From assembly GCA_030264375.1 (NCBI GenBank), contig JASCQW010000027.1, positions 93,546,858 to 93,610,857 of the forward strand: a stretch of DNA of 64,000 nucleotides, in the 5' to 3' direction. The DNA is from Carcharhinus longimanus. Taxonomy: Eukaryota. The notes beneath the pieces were generated by a model. It had not been told where the DNA came from and made no database searches. It saw only the letters and a list, made by a program, of their open reading frames with translations. Each line of letters starts with the position of its first letter. Positions within the stretch are counted from its first letter, which is position 1. Below, in pieces: positions 1 to 14,045 of this stretch. The translations under genes and the position numbers were made by a program.

Positions 1-3000
1 AGGTTGTAGTATAAAAGCTCCACATTTTATGTCTTGGCTTGTATGATCCAGACAACCAAGCATAAATTTCAATAAAATTGCAGGAAAAATTGTATCCTAC
101 AAGTTTTTTTGAGGGGGGGAACCTAGAACACCTATACCATCCTGATCACCAGTGATGCAGACAACTTTCATTCCAAAGAACACTATTTCAGACACCACTG
201 AAGTAGTGTAAGCCAAGATCTCCCCAAAGCCTCAAGTGCTAGTGCAGGGAATCCAGAACCCACTTGAATAGATCAACAGATTTGTAATCTCTTAAATTGT
301 AATATTTACTTATTGATGTAATCCAATCTGTGCATTTTGTGCAGCACAGTGTACGTAAATCAGATATTGTCAGGAATGTATAAAAAAAATCCTGAATTAA
401 ATCACTAAGATAATAGGATACTCATTTTGAACTCTTCTATAAGCACTTTCTGCCCTGCGTTTCCTCCCACTGCCTTTAATTTTGGTAGTTCAAAGCATTC
501 CTACCAGAAGCTGTCCTGGGATACTCTGGGGTTATGCTTTGCATTTATTATTTATTGGAAACAATGTCAGGCAGATGGGGCCAGAAGGAGCAACACGTTT
601 TAAATGTCAGAGTTCCATGCACAAATGTTGATGGTGGAGACCACGTTTCTTTTCTGAATAATTTAACAAGACTAATTTTTTTTTGCATGTCTGTAATATT
701 GCAGTGAACAGAAATGACATAAAATACCTTCTTTTTGCCTATTCATTTTATTTCATTTCTTTTCTCTTGTCTTTTAATTTTGCAATTTCTATTTTTTATT
801 CTTTTTCACATTCTTTGCTTCTTACATTAGTTATCCCAAGAATTATTTTTGTGCTTTGTCTTGCTTTCCAATTCCTCTCTATCCTTATTCCTGTGGCACT
901 GAATGCTCATTATCCCTGAGTAGTATGGACTCTCTGTGATCAGTTCTATTGATTTTCCTTGCTGCTGGTAATGATAAGGCAGGTTTTCTTACCACTAGAG
1001 TATCCACTGTGAAGCACACAAGGGAATTTTTGAACAAAAGCTAGGAATCTGATGGCAACATATGGACGATAATAAGAATGAGGGAGATAACTGCTAAATT
1101 AACTGTTAAGGTTACAGGTAGCCAGGATAATAGATTTATTTTTTAATGTGTGCCATCAAACAAAGCAATGAATTTAAAAAAAAACATTTGGAATGAAATG
1201 AGGCAGAGCATCACACCATATAAGTATCAAATTAAATGGAATGAACTGCCTGTATGTGGTTAATAGCTAAATTAAAATGTCTGCCATACATTATCTTCCC
1301 AGTGGCTGTAGCAGGTTCAACAGAAAACCGATGCACTCTGTACAGAAAATGTGAGCAGTATCTTAAATATTACCAAGTCATCAGTAGAGATTTTTGAAAT
1401 CTGGTTTTGTCTTTCTATGACTATATCTTACTTTTATTGGCAGGTGGTCAAAAATAGTTAAGATGCTTTCACATCAAAAGCTGAAGTGATGTGTAAATGT
1501 TTACAATGTAAGCCACATCAAACTAAAAATCGATGAGGCGTAATGTTGCAAAAAATTATCTAGAAATGTTAACTCTTGATTTAACTTAAATTTACAATTG
1601 CAAATGCAGAAATAGTTTGTAAAAAAAAACTTACATTCCAATTAATTTAAATTATGCCTTTATTGGACTAAATGAGCATCTCTCAAACGTACAGCAACAG
1701 ACTTTTAAAAATAAATTTGCAACTATTTTAATATTGTAACAAGTGTTACCGCTTTTGTATCTTGTTTGTGGAGAACGTCATACTTGAATCTATTTTTGAG
1801 TTTTTTAAAGTAAATAAGCCTACTTGTAATACATTTTATTTGCAGCTTTATTCCCCAATCGCACCATCCCATAGCTAAGGGAATAGTAGAAAAACCCAGC
1901 TCCAGGCTTCTAGCAATGCTGCTTTTCAGTGAGCTGCTCATGACAGCATTGCGGAATGAGTAGCACTTCCAATTATTTATTTTCTTTCTTGTTGGGAAAT
2001 ATGGTTCACTAAAATGGACTAGGTGAGATTGTGAAACATGGTAAGGTTGGCATAATTTTAAGGTTGACATCATTTTCTACTTTTCCTGTATTGACGTGGC
2101 ACCAAGCTGTGGCAGCACTACTCATATTCTGTCCTGTAATTTTGCTTTAAATAGTTTGACTGGGTAGTGAATGGTAAATTAATTAATCAGCCTGTTGGAT
2201 TATACATTTAGAGGAATATGACTAGCGTTCCTTTCCCTAATCACCTTCCAGTGATCCTGATTTCCCTGACCATCCCCCATTCCCCACCCAAAAAAAGTGC
2301 ATGTGTGCATTTGCAGCAACAAGAGGATCAATCTTAACTGTGATGTCAACATTAATTAAATAAGCTGCTGCTTCTTATTGTCAAGAAGTACCACTTGACC
2401 ACCCAAATGGGTCACTTGAGTATGGTACAGACGGGCTTTTAGGATCTGAGGAATTCGACAGTGAATCAGCAAGATCTTGAAAGAATTGTGGAGGGGAAAG
2501 TAACACAACAAACATCTAAGAAGCAAAGTAAGAATTTTAAAAGTAGACTGGAGTTTTCTCTTACTAAAGGTTTGATTGCCCTTTAAAAGATTGTTTTTAT
2601 GGAAGCAGAGGTTTAACTATATTCACCAGCCTCCACCACAACGCTTTTGCAAGATTTCTTTGAAGATGACTGAATTATAATTAAGCAGTCCACAGTAAAG
2701 ACTTGCTTGATTTTTGCCTTGTAACATGAGGTAAATTGCATCCATGAAGGAAAAATGCAAAAACTCGGAGCTCTTAGGTGTTCCAACAGCCACACCATGG
2801 CTATCACAAGGTTCTTATGAAAACACTCAGGGGGTGACTGGAGCACATAAAATATTAAATTTGTCTCGTCTGATAGGGAGTGTATTCAGAAGCTATTGTC
2901 TGGGATTTGCTGCACAGACGCCTGTGGTTCTCTGAGTGAAATCTGCAGCATCTTCTTTTTGGATTGCTAATTTCAAGGCAGATTCATAAATTCAATAAAA

Positions 3001-4225
3001 AATGTAAACTCTGTATTTGGGCCAATTTAAAAACAGGTCTATCAACAAATTCAAATAATATTGGCAATAAGTTTTCAGGAAATAAAACTGTAAATGAAAT
3101 AATTTTACAAGGAGATCTTTGTATTTTTTCACTGCACTGATTACACCACCAAAATATCATTTCTCGGCAATTTAGAAGCATCAGCTGTAACTTCAAACTA
3201 ACAAATTAAGTTACTATTAGAATAATTTTAGCACATCATTAGTTACTGAGCGAATACCTTTAGTAACATCATTCATGCATCAAGAGTATAAAACATTCTG
3301 ACACAATTGCCCAAAACCAAATTTGGAATGATACAAATTGCATTAAATCATTGTCTGTCTATCTTGTTGATGCCCAGTAGGGAGTCAAAAATCTGTAATC
3401 GGGTCAAAATGCAAAGCTTTCCTTTTTTTGCTTTGACATTGACAGAACTCCAAGATTATATTTTTTCAGTTCGATCAAATGTGCAATCTAATTGCTAAAT
3501 TCAGGCCATTGGACATCTTGGCCAATTTCCTAAGACATTCTGAATATCAGAGTATGCTGACTGTTATCGTTGGTGCAATTAATTTAGTTTATTCCCTTTA
3601 TTCTTTTCCTTTTCAACTCTGTCTCCTTTTCCTATCATTTGGTTCTTGGTACATCTTTCTGTATATGAAGATCATTAAAGTATCACCCTATGGCACTTTT
3701 TAAACTGTCTTGTCTCGAATTATGGCAAAAATACTGGAAACATGCAGAATGATCCATCAAGCTGTTTGATCATTTTTTTTCTGCAAACAGTATAAATATT
3801 TAAAGAGAGGACTGGAAGACCGCTTCTTTAGTATGTCGGCACTGAGACTGATCATTTGTTCCAAATGTTACTTGTAAAAATGTGCTGCAGTGTACAGAGT
3901 TGCATTGCTGCTTAATTAAGATTGCATTTAAACTTCAGATGCACACATTAATAAACATAGAATTGAAAATTTTCCGGGCTTAAGCAGGTATCACCGGCCC
4001 AAACGATGATTGTGGAATAGAATTTGTGCAGTTGGAGTTTAAGTTGTTAATTGTTTCATATGCTTGTAAATTTTACGCCAACTAAACTGCTTATTTTTCT
4101 TTTTAAATAACTGGGTTCTTGTACTTTATGTTCAAGCTGTTTGCATCTGAGAGTACAATGAGTTATATTTTACCTACGTTTATTAAAAGATTTGTTGATC
4201 AATTTACATTGTTGTTATTCCTTAG

Positions 4226-4382
4226 CTTCAGACAGTAAAGTCCTGACATGTGCTGCCGTGTGGCGTATGCCAAAGGAATTGGAATCAGGCAGTCATGAAT
4301 CTCCTGATGATTCATCAAGCAACCCGCAGACACTAGAGCTGCTTTGTCACCTTGACAACACAACCCATGGCAACATGTCCTG
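4226..4382 (+). CDS. EIPR1: EIPR1/TSSC1 internal coding exon (equivalent to exon 4)
   Basis: ttag| acceptor and TG|gtaggt donor; 157 bp; translates [51 protein letters not shown], nearly identical to vertebrate EIPR1 as I recall it. Confidence 0.96.
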
Positions 4383-5469
4383 GTAGGTCGCTCAGTATCG
4401 ATTCAAAAGATTTCAAATGCATCCCTTCAGGATAGAACTAAGTAAAATATTTGTCTGCTAATTAGAGCACCTAAACGAAATAAATCATTTGAAAAAGGAA
4501 ATATTTATTTACAGCCATTTGTATAAGTAGCTTGAATATTGTCTTACACAAGTAAACAAAGAGTTATTATGTTCACGATAATTATCCATCAGTTTTCTAC
4601 TCAGTTTAATAAGTTATTAACTTTAAATTATTCTAACATGTAACTGATTCAAATTTTTATTAATGGGAAATGAGGCCCTCAAGATACAGAATAACAAGAC
4701 TGAAATATATCTAAATAAATAACAAATAATAATTTTGAAATCCTTGTCATTATGCCCAAAATTGACTTCCTTAATAAATCTGCTGTAGCTGTTCAATGAT
4801 TGTAATATTTAGCCAATAGACATCTGCTTTGGACTATATTTTTTATCTTGGGTTTTAGCTGGAAAGGATGATTGGGTATGATTTCAATAAATTGTATGTG
4901 TGTTTCTTTTCATACACACACATGCACACATATGACCTACATGTTTCATTGAAAAATCAAAAAAGTACCTGCAGTACCCATTATTCCTATAGATGGTGCT
5001 ATAATAGGTATTTTCCATGTTGAAGGTCCATACTTTGGTCACACAAGGAGAAGGCTAAATTGGGCTGTACATATTCTATAGGTGTTGTGTGACCTGGATG
5101 TTATTCTTTTGACCTGCCAGAAGAATAACATCCACATTTTTCTATTAATTTTCCTTTCCAGTTAAAGCTTCAAGATAAAATGTATAATGCATTCAAAGCA
5201 AATAGTCATCAATTAGATGTGACAATAATTGAATAGCCAAGATTGCTGCAGATTTATTAACAAAGTAGACTTTGTGTATCATAATGAGGATCTCACAAAT
5301 TACTGTTATTTATTTGGAAAATTTTCTGTTGGGAATTGTACAGGACACGATCTTCCTAAGGAGTTTGAGCACTTGCGCCAAAAGATTGTCATGTGGAGCA
5401 GAGAAGTGATGAAATGAATGAATGAATGTATAATGTTGATTTAAAGCCACGGTTGTCGCACAAAGAAGG

Positions 5470-7290
5470 AGAAAGAGGCAAAGGACATAGTCAGAGGCCA
5501 TATCATTTGAGGGTATTCCGGGAGCAATTCTCTTATCTCGAACTCATCAAGGGACCAGGACGTGAAATGTCTTTGCTTCACAATTTCTGCAGCTCCAAAG
5601 CAGGGCAATGACAGCATTGTCTGGGGCTATCAAAGTGATCATGACTGTTAACCTTTAGTGTCAAGCTGCTTTCAGACTGTTGCTGGAGTTCTAAGCAACA
5701 TATCTTTGTTTGCAATCCATGACTTAATAAAGGAGATTATTGAGACTCTATACATAAACACTTCTGCCTCATTCACTCTGGCAAGAGACCAGCAACCAGA
5801 GAGAGTATGGGTAGCAGCTTCCCCATGCTACAGGATGCCACTGACTACATGCACATTATGATCTCAGGAGGGACCAGTAACGTTTTTATTATTTTTGTTT
5901 GGAAATCCAAAAACTGAGATCCTTACTAAAGGAATGAAGCTGCAAATTTTACTGTTAACTCAAAAGAATTTTACTACACAAGTCAAATGATATGAATACT
6001 AAAACTATACTCTGTCCTAAATAGTCAGTTACATTAAAGCTATTAGAAGTACACTAAACTACTTAACTCAGTTTCCTTCAACAACCCTTGACATGTACTT
6101 AATCAGAAATTGGAATGTTAATCTCTTCCGACTGTCCCGTGGTTATAGACTTCCTATTCAATACAGGTGCAGCTAGCATCTTAAGCGTAGCTACCCTGGG
6201 TCAGAACTCCACAGGTTCTAATGTCTTTTAACTCAACTCATGGTTAGGGATGTCCTTCAGTTCTCAGTTTTTAAATCCATTTAGCTAGTACACAGAATTT
6301 CAACTGAATTCTACTTGAAAGAGATGTTCCCTGCAAGCAGCTTATTCTAAACTTAAAACTAAACTGATTGTAAACAGAACTACAAATAGGAATCTGCTCC
6401 TCCTGAAATTAATTTCTTGATTGCCCATTGATGATTGTTTAGCTCCCAAGTAGCTTAGTCACATGACCAGTTATTGGAAGTGAGTTGGTTTTTAAAGAAA
6501 TCATCTACCAGAGAAGCTTAATTCTTAAAGGGATCATCACCCCAACATAAAATATTTTTGTTTCCCCAAGTCACACATGGGCCATCAAAATATTCCATAG
6601 GAATGGCCTTACATGAACTTGGTAATTTCATAAGCCGTCAGCGTGCAGCAGGTGCACACCACATACAATGCATCATGCTGTTATCATGGTAGCTAGCATT
6701 CATGATTTCTTCATTTTGCACCATTCCTCTGTTCCACATATATTTGAACCAGCATGACAAGTCAAAGACTGGCTACTGGCCAATGAGAGTTACTTTATCA
6801 GGAACCCCCACACGCTTGCACAGCAAGAATACAATAAGAGGTGTGCTGCCAAAAGGAACATCTTAGAGTCAGTAAGTTGTGTCCTCGACTAACAATTACA
6901 ATGCATGGTCTGTTCAGGAGGAGCCCAGAGGTACTTAGGTAAGCTGGTGTTGGTATGCTGAATAACCATACCATAGTAAGGGAAGAGCCCTTGCTGCCAC
7001 AATTCAGATGAAAAACTGAGGGACAGGAGCTATAGGAAAAGGATATGGAGCAGGAGGAAATGTGACAGTAAGTGAAGAAACAGGAAGAGGAAGGAAGGCA
7101 AAACGATAGCACCTTGAAGCCCAGGCTCTATAGGACTCGAGTAACCATAAGTGATTCCAGTAACCTCGACCACATCTCTCCATTTGTCAAAAGTTCCACA
7201 TTCTCAAACTTTCCTCTATCATTGATCATCCCACTGTCCTCTTACCACCAACGCAAAAGTAAAAACCACCAGAAAGCAGTTCAAATCCAA
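5470..7290 (+). mobile_element. Decayed PIF/Harbinger transposase, interrupted by an unclassified insert of about 0.7 kb (approx. 5860-6600)
   Basis: Frameshifted peptides RPYHLRVFREQFSYLEL, FQTVAGVLSNISLFAIHDLIKEIIETLY, FPMLQDATDYMHI and, after the insert, HDFFIL and DWLLANESY resemble HARBI1-type DDE transposase motifs (GDIxNISQ, GFPxVxGAIDCTH, HDAFIL, WLLGDxGY); boundaries approximate. Confidence 0.7.
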
Positions 7291-7789
7291 TTTTAGAATT
7301 TCAATCATTAAATAATGCTTGTGAAATTAAACTACTCACACTGCGTATTCCCTTAGTGTCTCCCTCTTCCAAATAGCTTTGCCTTTTTTAATGCTGCTTT
7401 GAGATGCTTTTTCAGTTTCTGTTGCATTAATGATGGAAAGCAGCTGATCTTCAACTGAGCAGACTGTAGTTGAACTTAGAGGATGAATAAGCCACCATGC
7501 CACCTCAAGGGCAATTAGTGATGAACCATGAATATTAGGCTGGATACCAATATCCACATGCTATTACTGTTTAAAAATAAGTATTATTCAATTTCACAGA
7601 ATAATAAATAAAATTATGAAATTCAATTCCAAAGAACCATTAAAAAATTACACTACAGTTTTATTATAAATTACTTTAACTTATTTAGCCACTGTAAATT
7701 ATTGGTCTTTGTGTTGTCCTGTATATGAAATAATATCTTTGTCATAAAATGGTAACTTCCCTGACATTTTTATTGCATTCTTTCATATA

Positions 7790-8500
7790 ATGTGGGCATC
7801 CCTGGCTTGGCCAGCATTTATTGGCCATCTCTAATTGCTAATTTGATGATATGTCACCCTTTTTGAACTGCTTCAGTTAATGTGATATAGGCACATCCAT
7901 AGGTGCTGTTAGGAAGGGAGTTCCAGGATTTTGACTCAGCGTCAGTTCCAAGTCAGGATGGCTTGAAGAGGAAATGTGGGTGCTGGTGTTCACTGTATTT
8001 GCTGCCCTTGTCCTTCTAAGTGATAGAGGTCATGGTTTTGAGAGATCCACATTGCAACTTGTGGAATGGTACACACTGCCACTGCTTTGTGCATCAGTGT
8101 CTTGCCAATTAAGCGTACTACTTTATACTGGTTGTGTTGCACTTCTTGAACGTTGTTGGAGTTGCATTCATATAGGCAAGTGTAGAATGTACCATCATGC
8201 TTCTGACTTCTGTCTTGCAGGAGGTGGACAGGCTTTGGAGAGTCAGGAAGTCAGTTACTGGCCGCAGAATTCCCAGCCTTTGATCTGCTCCTGTAGGCAC
8301 AGTATTTATAAGGCTACTCCAGTGATTGCCAGGCATTCATGTGATGTGTATGTTACTTGCCATTTGTCAGCCCAAGCCTGAATATTGACCAGGTCTTGCT
8401 GCATATAGCTTTACTATCTGCAGACTCTGAAAAGCTGCTGAACATCTCCACTTCTGACTTTATGATGGAGTGAAGGTCATTGATGAAGCAGCTGAAGTTG
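7790..8500 (-). mobile_element. LINE fragment (CR1/L2 group), 3' part
   Basis: Starts with the ggccagcatttattggccatctctaattg end motif, shared with the copies near 50400 and 62270; degenerate RT-region sequence follows. Confidence 0.55.
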
Positions 8501-8835
8501 GAATATCTACTGGTGTGATCTATTTAAAAGTAAGCCAGTAAGCTTAGATTCTCAAAATAATTTGAATCCTCATGAATGCACACTCTGCTGCCCAACCATC
8601 CTATCTTTCTATTAGGATTCTGTGCTCACTTCAGGATTTCTGAATGCAAATGGCGCTTTGGAAATTTTTATGCGCATCATTTTCTACATTTTTCCCACAC
8701 TTCCACCAGTCTTTGACTGATATTCTAACTTGTAGTCCAGTCTTTTGGAATATCTGGTTTCATTATTATTCCTGAATTGATGAATCATATTGGAAAGCCC
8801 TATTTGTTCAGTTATTGATGGATTTTGCTTTACAG

Positions 8836-8935
8836 TGTACTATGGGAGCCAATGGGAGATGGTAAAAAGATAGCATCATTGGCTGATAACCATGTTCTTC
8901 TTTGGGATTTACAAGAAAGCTCAAGTCAGGCAGTG
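8836..8935 (+). CDS. EIPR1: EIPR1 coding exon (equivalent to exon 5)
   Basis: ttacag| and GTG|gtaagt; 100 bp; (C)[33 protein letters not shown]; phase continues from the previous exon; absent from the ORF track. Confidence 0.96.
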
Positions 8936-9689
8936 GTAAGTAATTTTATAGTTGTGTTTTGTGATTGTCTTTTTTCCTCAGCAGAAATTCTTTTTCTATA
9001 TTGATACTGGAACCAGCCTTCATAAATTTCTCTCACAGTAATTATACCCTTCTGCCACTGTGGTGCTGCAGTGCCAGTATACTGATGAAATATAATTATA
9101 GGGTGACAATTTTTTATTGGCAGTTTTCATTGGAAATGTAGTTGAAAGAACGTATATAAAGCACATGCAAAATCATGACAAATTGTATGGAGATTAAATT
9201 GGGCTACATGGATCATTTTTCAGGTGGTACATGTTCTTCTAAGATGCAAAAAAGGTAAGCAGGGATCATGGACACACCTGTCTAGAGAAAGCCCAGCCTG
9301 CCATATTGGATAATGACCAGCTATTGTTTGCTCTTTGGACATTTGCATATGCAAATCAGGGGTATATTTTATAGTTTCCTTACCAGCAGATTTGCAGGAC
9401 AATCTCGCTAGTAACACCTTGAGGCAGAACTTCTGCCCAAGTGAAGTCCTGTTTCGAGCCAATCAGACGCATACTCGCTGATTCTTTGGTTGGTGTTTGG
9501 GAAACCATGCCATCTGGAAAATCCTGCCCAAGAGTCTAATGCTTGTTTTTGGTCCCTGCTGACTGCTTTTAATAAATCTCTAAATATTACCAAATTTAAA
9601 AAATAGCTAAGTATCTATGTAATTGCTCCCGAACTCAAGATCCCTTCCAAGCAGACCCCAGACCCAATGCCAAAAGTCCAATCCTCAAC

Positions 9690-10530
9690 TTGATGAGCCT
9701 TTATCTTGCACAATACCTTTGTATGGCACCTTATCAAATGCATTTTTGAAATCCAAGGATACCACATCTATTGGCTCCCCTTTATCCACCATATGATTGA
9801 TATCTACAAAAAACTCATAATATCCTTACCAAACACAATTGCCCATTTAAAATTTCCTTAATAGGTTCCAGCATTTTCTTGATGACTGATGTTAGGCTAA
9901 CTGGTCTATACTTGCCATTTTTCCCCACTCTTTTTTTTGAATAGCAGTGTTACAATTGTTATCTTTTAATCCACTGGGACTGTTCCAAAATGGGGGCGAA
10001 TTTTGGAAGACTTTAACAAATGCATCCATTCTCTTAGCTCTATTAGAACTCTAGGATGTGGGCCAGAAGGTGTGGGGCTTTTAATCCCTTAATTTTCTCC
10101 AATATTTCTTGTTCTCTGCTAATACTAATTGTTTTATGTCGCTCAGTCTTATTAGCTCCTTTGTCACCCTCTATTTCCACTATGTAATTTGTGTTTTCCA
10201 TTGTAAAGACAGTCATAAGATTTGATTAATATTTCTGCCATTTCCTCATTCCCCATGACAGTTTCTCCCAATCTGCCTCTAAGGGACAAGCATTTGCTTT
10301 AGCTGCTCTCCTTTTTATAAACTTGTAAAAATGCTTATCCAGTCTACCTGAAGATTAAAGTGTCTTATTATTACACTGTCTTTACTAAAGCACCAAATAT
10401 CTCTTGCTCAAAGCTGTGTCAAATGTTATAACTACTATTAGAAGGCCGACAAACTACCCCCAGTAACATTTTCCGACCATTATTCTTTCTGATCTTCACC
10501 CTTATCCATTCTACTTCCTCGTCTTCTGAA
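9690..10530 (-). mobile_element. CR1-type LINE ORF2 fragment
   Basis: ggcaccttatcaaatgcatttttgaaatcc and gttaggctaactggtctata read on the minus strand as DFxKAFDKVP-like and YRPVSLT motifs. Confidence 0.7.
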
Positions 10531-12198
10531 CCTATATTTGGAATCCTCAGATTTCACCATTTGTGCTCAGATTGTTTAGTAGTCAGAGAAGCCAGTGGCA
10601 ACAGCCGTATTCTATAAATGTGGGGTTGAGTTGAGCTGTCTAGCTTCTCCCTGATTCATATTAAGGCAAATATATTTCAGAAGTTTACCTTGTAATTGCT
10701 GGCTCTCCCAAGGTCTGTTTTTCCCAATGCTGCCTCCTTCTGGACAGACCAATCTTATAGTATGAGACTCAAACAAGCGTCTAACACATATTTCCCAAAA
10801 TAGCACAATGAATGTTTCTTTTTCAAGTACTTATCCAATTATCTTTTGAAAGTTACTGTTTCATCTGCTTTGACCAACTTTTCAGTAGTGCGTTCCCAAT
10901 TATATTAATTTGCTGCATTTAAAAAAAAAACTTTTTTATGCTAATTACTTTGAAACTGTATTCTGCCAGTGAAAGCCATTCTGCCCTTGAAAGCTATTGA
11001 AACATTTCAGTTTTGAACATCTCTGTTGAACCTCCCCATAACTTTCTCTGCCCTAAGACAACAATCTCAGCTTTTCTAGCCTCTCCACAAAAGTAAAGTC
11101 CCTCATCTTTGGTACCATCCTAATAAACCTCCACTACCCCAGAATGTAGTAGTAACATTGGTAAATGCTAATATGATTTCTCAGTGAAGGGTTGAATGTC
11201 AAGTTTCTCAAGATTTCTGGTCATCTGTAATGTATTCTGACCAACTTACTTAGCAGTAACTGTAAATTTGTGGCTGAGTTAGAGCTTTACTGAAAGCTAT
11301 AAAAAATGACAAGTTGGGAGTGGGAAAATTTAAAGCTGAAAAAATAATACAAGGAGTACAATCAATATAAAGTTGTTGGCATTTTCCCACCACAACAATT
11401 GTGGCTTCATGACTCTAGGCTTGTATCACTCATCTTTTCTTCTTTTATTGAGTTATTTTAGGCTGTTTAGCTTACCAAGAATTACAGTATGACGATAAAG
11501 ATGGTTATTTTTGTTTATATGAAGCCCTTGCACATTTTTCAACCAATTTTACAGGCAACTAATTCCCAGTTCATAATTTAATAGATTTTAAGCAGTGCAG
11601 AATGTTGCTGAATTTGGCTATGCTCCATGCATGCCATTAGTTATAGAGCTTGGTAGTCCGGTGACAATGTTATAAAATCATTTTAATGAATTGTAACCAG
11701 CATTGTAACGTGATCAAGAATAGGAACGAGGGTCATGAATAACATAATTGGATTCAAGAGCTCCAAAAACTAATGATTGCGGGACTTGTGAAGTAAATTG
11801 AAATGCTGTTATACCTGTTTTCTACCATCACTGAATTATATTTGCATAGTACATGGGGAGCTCATAGCAGCAGTATTAGGGACAGCAATAGTAAAATGCT
11901 GCTTGATGTGAAATCTGGTAGAAACCTGTTAACTTGAACATTTCTGCAGCATAAGGCCTTGGGCCAGTTTGCAAACAATGTTTTTTCACTTATTTTACTT
12001 ATTAGGATTGAATATATCGGAGTAAAATTTTCATAGTGACCCTTGTTGATATTTCTAAAGATTTACTTGAGCATTTTCTTGTTGACAAGAAACATTATAG
12101 AATTGTTCTTTATAGATTCCTGGAAAATTCATCTATCTGATTTATGAATTGTCACTCGTTATCTCTCCATTCCTGTTTGTTTCTTTACTGTATTTTAG

Positions 12199-12335
12199 CT
12201 CTCAAATTCTGCAACCTTAGAAGGAAAAGGTCAGTTGAAATTTACTTCTGGACGATGGAGTCCCCACCATAACTGCACACAACTTGCCACAGCTAATGAC
12301 ACAGTTATTCGAGGTTGGGACACGAGAACCATGAG
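12199..12335 (+). CDS. EIPR1: EIPR1 coding exon (equivalent to exon 6)
   Basis: ttttag| and AG|gtaagc; 137 bp; [45 protein letters not shown]. Confidence 0.96.
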
Positions 12336-14045
12336 GTAAGCAGACAACAACTCCTATTCCTTTTAGTCAATTCATATTGAATACATAATCAGAAAAAGCT
12401 TGACATTTGAAACTTATTAAAACCCAACTTGTGAAATGACCACCTATTGGCATGTTTAACTTGGTCTTTATAGCTGAGCAGCCTCTTTTGTTAATTATCT
12501 GTCATCATAACTGGGATCACTGTAGATGAATAATCTTTCTATTGTAGGTGACCTTCAAGGCGGTTTTACACCATGTACAAATGCCTTTCTGTAATTATTA
12601 AAAGTGAATTTCCTAACTGATACTCAGTCGACCTCTTGTGTACGTTTGGTTCCACCTTCATAAAGTTTTATTCCACCCTCAATCTTTGATCTGTGTCTCC
12701 GCAAACTTTTAGATTCCATTAGTACTTAATCTCATTCATGTAAAAAAAAAACTCAAAACATGCTTTATGCATTTTTCAGGAAACCAAACTGGTTTATGCA
12801 GATGTTACATTGCGGGTTTACGAAAATACAACTTGCATTCATCCAGCCTACAAATTATTATGCCAGGACCCTCATTCATTTCCTACATTACAAAGTGACA
12901 ACACTTCAAAAGATTTTATACATTTTATATATAAATGAAAGGTCTCTCTTTCAAAGAGACTTATGCAAATCTCTGCTGGGATCTGTTCTACTGAGGCAAG
13001 ACAAGGGCAGAGGAAGGATTATTTCCCTAGGAACACCTGACATAAGCATGGAGACGGATTTTAAGGATCCAGTTGGGGCCTTATTCACCACACCTGTAGN
13101 NNNNNNNNNNNNNNNNNNNNNNNNNNNNNNNNNNNNNNNNNNNNNNNNNNNNNNNNNNNNNNNNNNNNNNNNNNNNNNNNNNNNNNNNNNNNNNNNNNNC
13201 ACCTGTAGAATATTAAAAATCATTAGAACCCTTCAACACAAGTTGAATAATAGTCATTGCAAGCATGAATTAAGTAACAAATAACTAAATTAATATATTC
13301 ATAGGTAAATTATATAACACACTGTCTATAAATTATCTTTAATAGCTTCCTGTATAGAATTAAATCTGTTTTACATTTGATTATTTTTAATAAACATTCC
13401 TTTAATTCATAAAGATCTAAAAATGTTTTGAGACATTTTTCTAAGTACCATAATATTTAATTTTATTTTCTACATAGAATTTCATCTATTTAACATTCAA
13501 CTACTTAGAACAACATACACTTCCAATGGGAGTTGAAATATACCATCGCCATAATGCATTCTGTTTCACATTATATCGTGGTCCTGTACTTTAAAAAAAA
13601 CACTATTCTCTTACTGTGAACAACGCAATGACGCATTCACTAATTTCCACAATTTCTTTCAGATATTTACTGCAAATTACTTGATGGTTATGCATGCTTT
13701 GTTTCATTGGCAGTCGATATTCACGAGTATGATTTATCATGGCTTACTGGCAAAAGTTCTGAGCAGTAATATAGCCTGGGTTATGAATGAATCAGCAGCA
13801 GCAGTAGCAAAGACAAAGCAAAGGAGGTGAAGCCTCATAGCTGATGTCATTGAAATATATGTTTCATAACAAGAGCCTCATTTCCCCCATTAATCCGTCC
13901 AGCACAGGGACTTCCCCACCGCACTCCAAAATACTCAATCCCTTTCAACAAATTGAAACTGCTTCCTGAAAAAGCCCTAACTTAGAAATTAAATTCAAAT
14001 TTAATCATTAAACCAATGGCATCCTCAGCTAATTTTAAAAAAAAT

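Noticed and set aside
1-4225. Upstream EIPR1 exons (MEDDAPVIYGLEFQ.., IHIIDFDDENN..)
   Set aside because: Not found by eye; presumably upstream of the window
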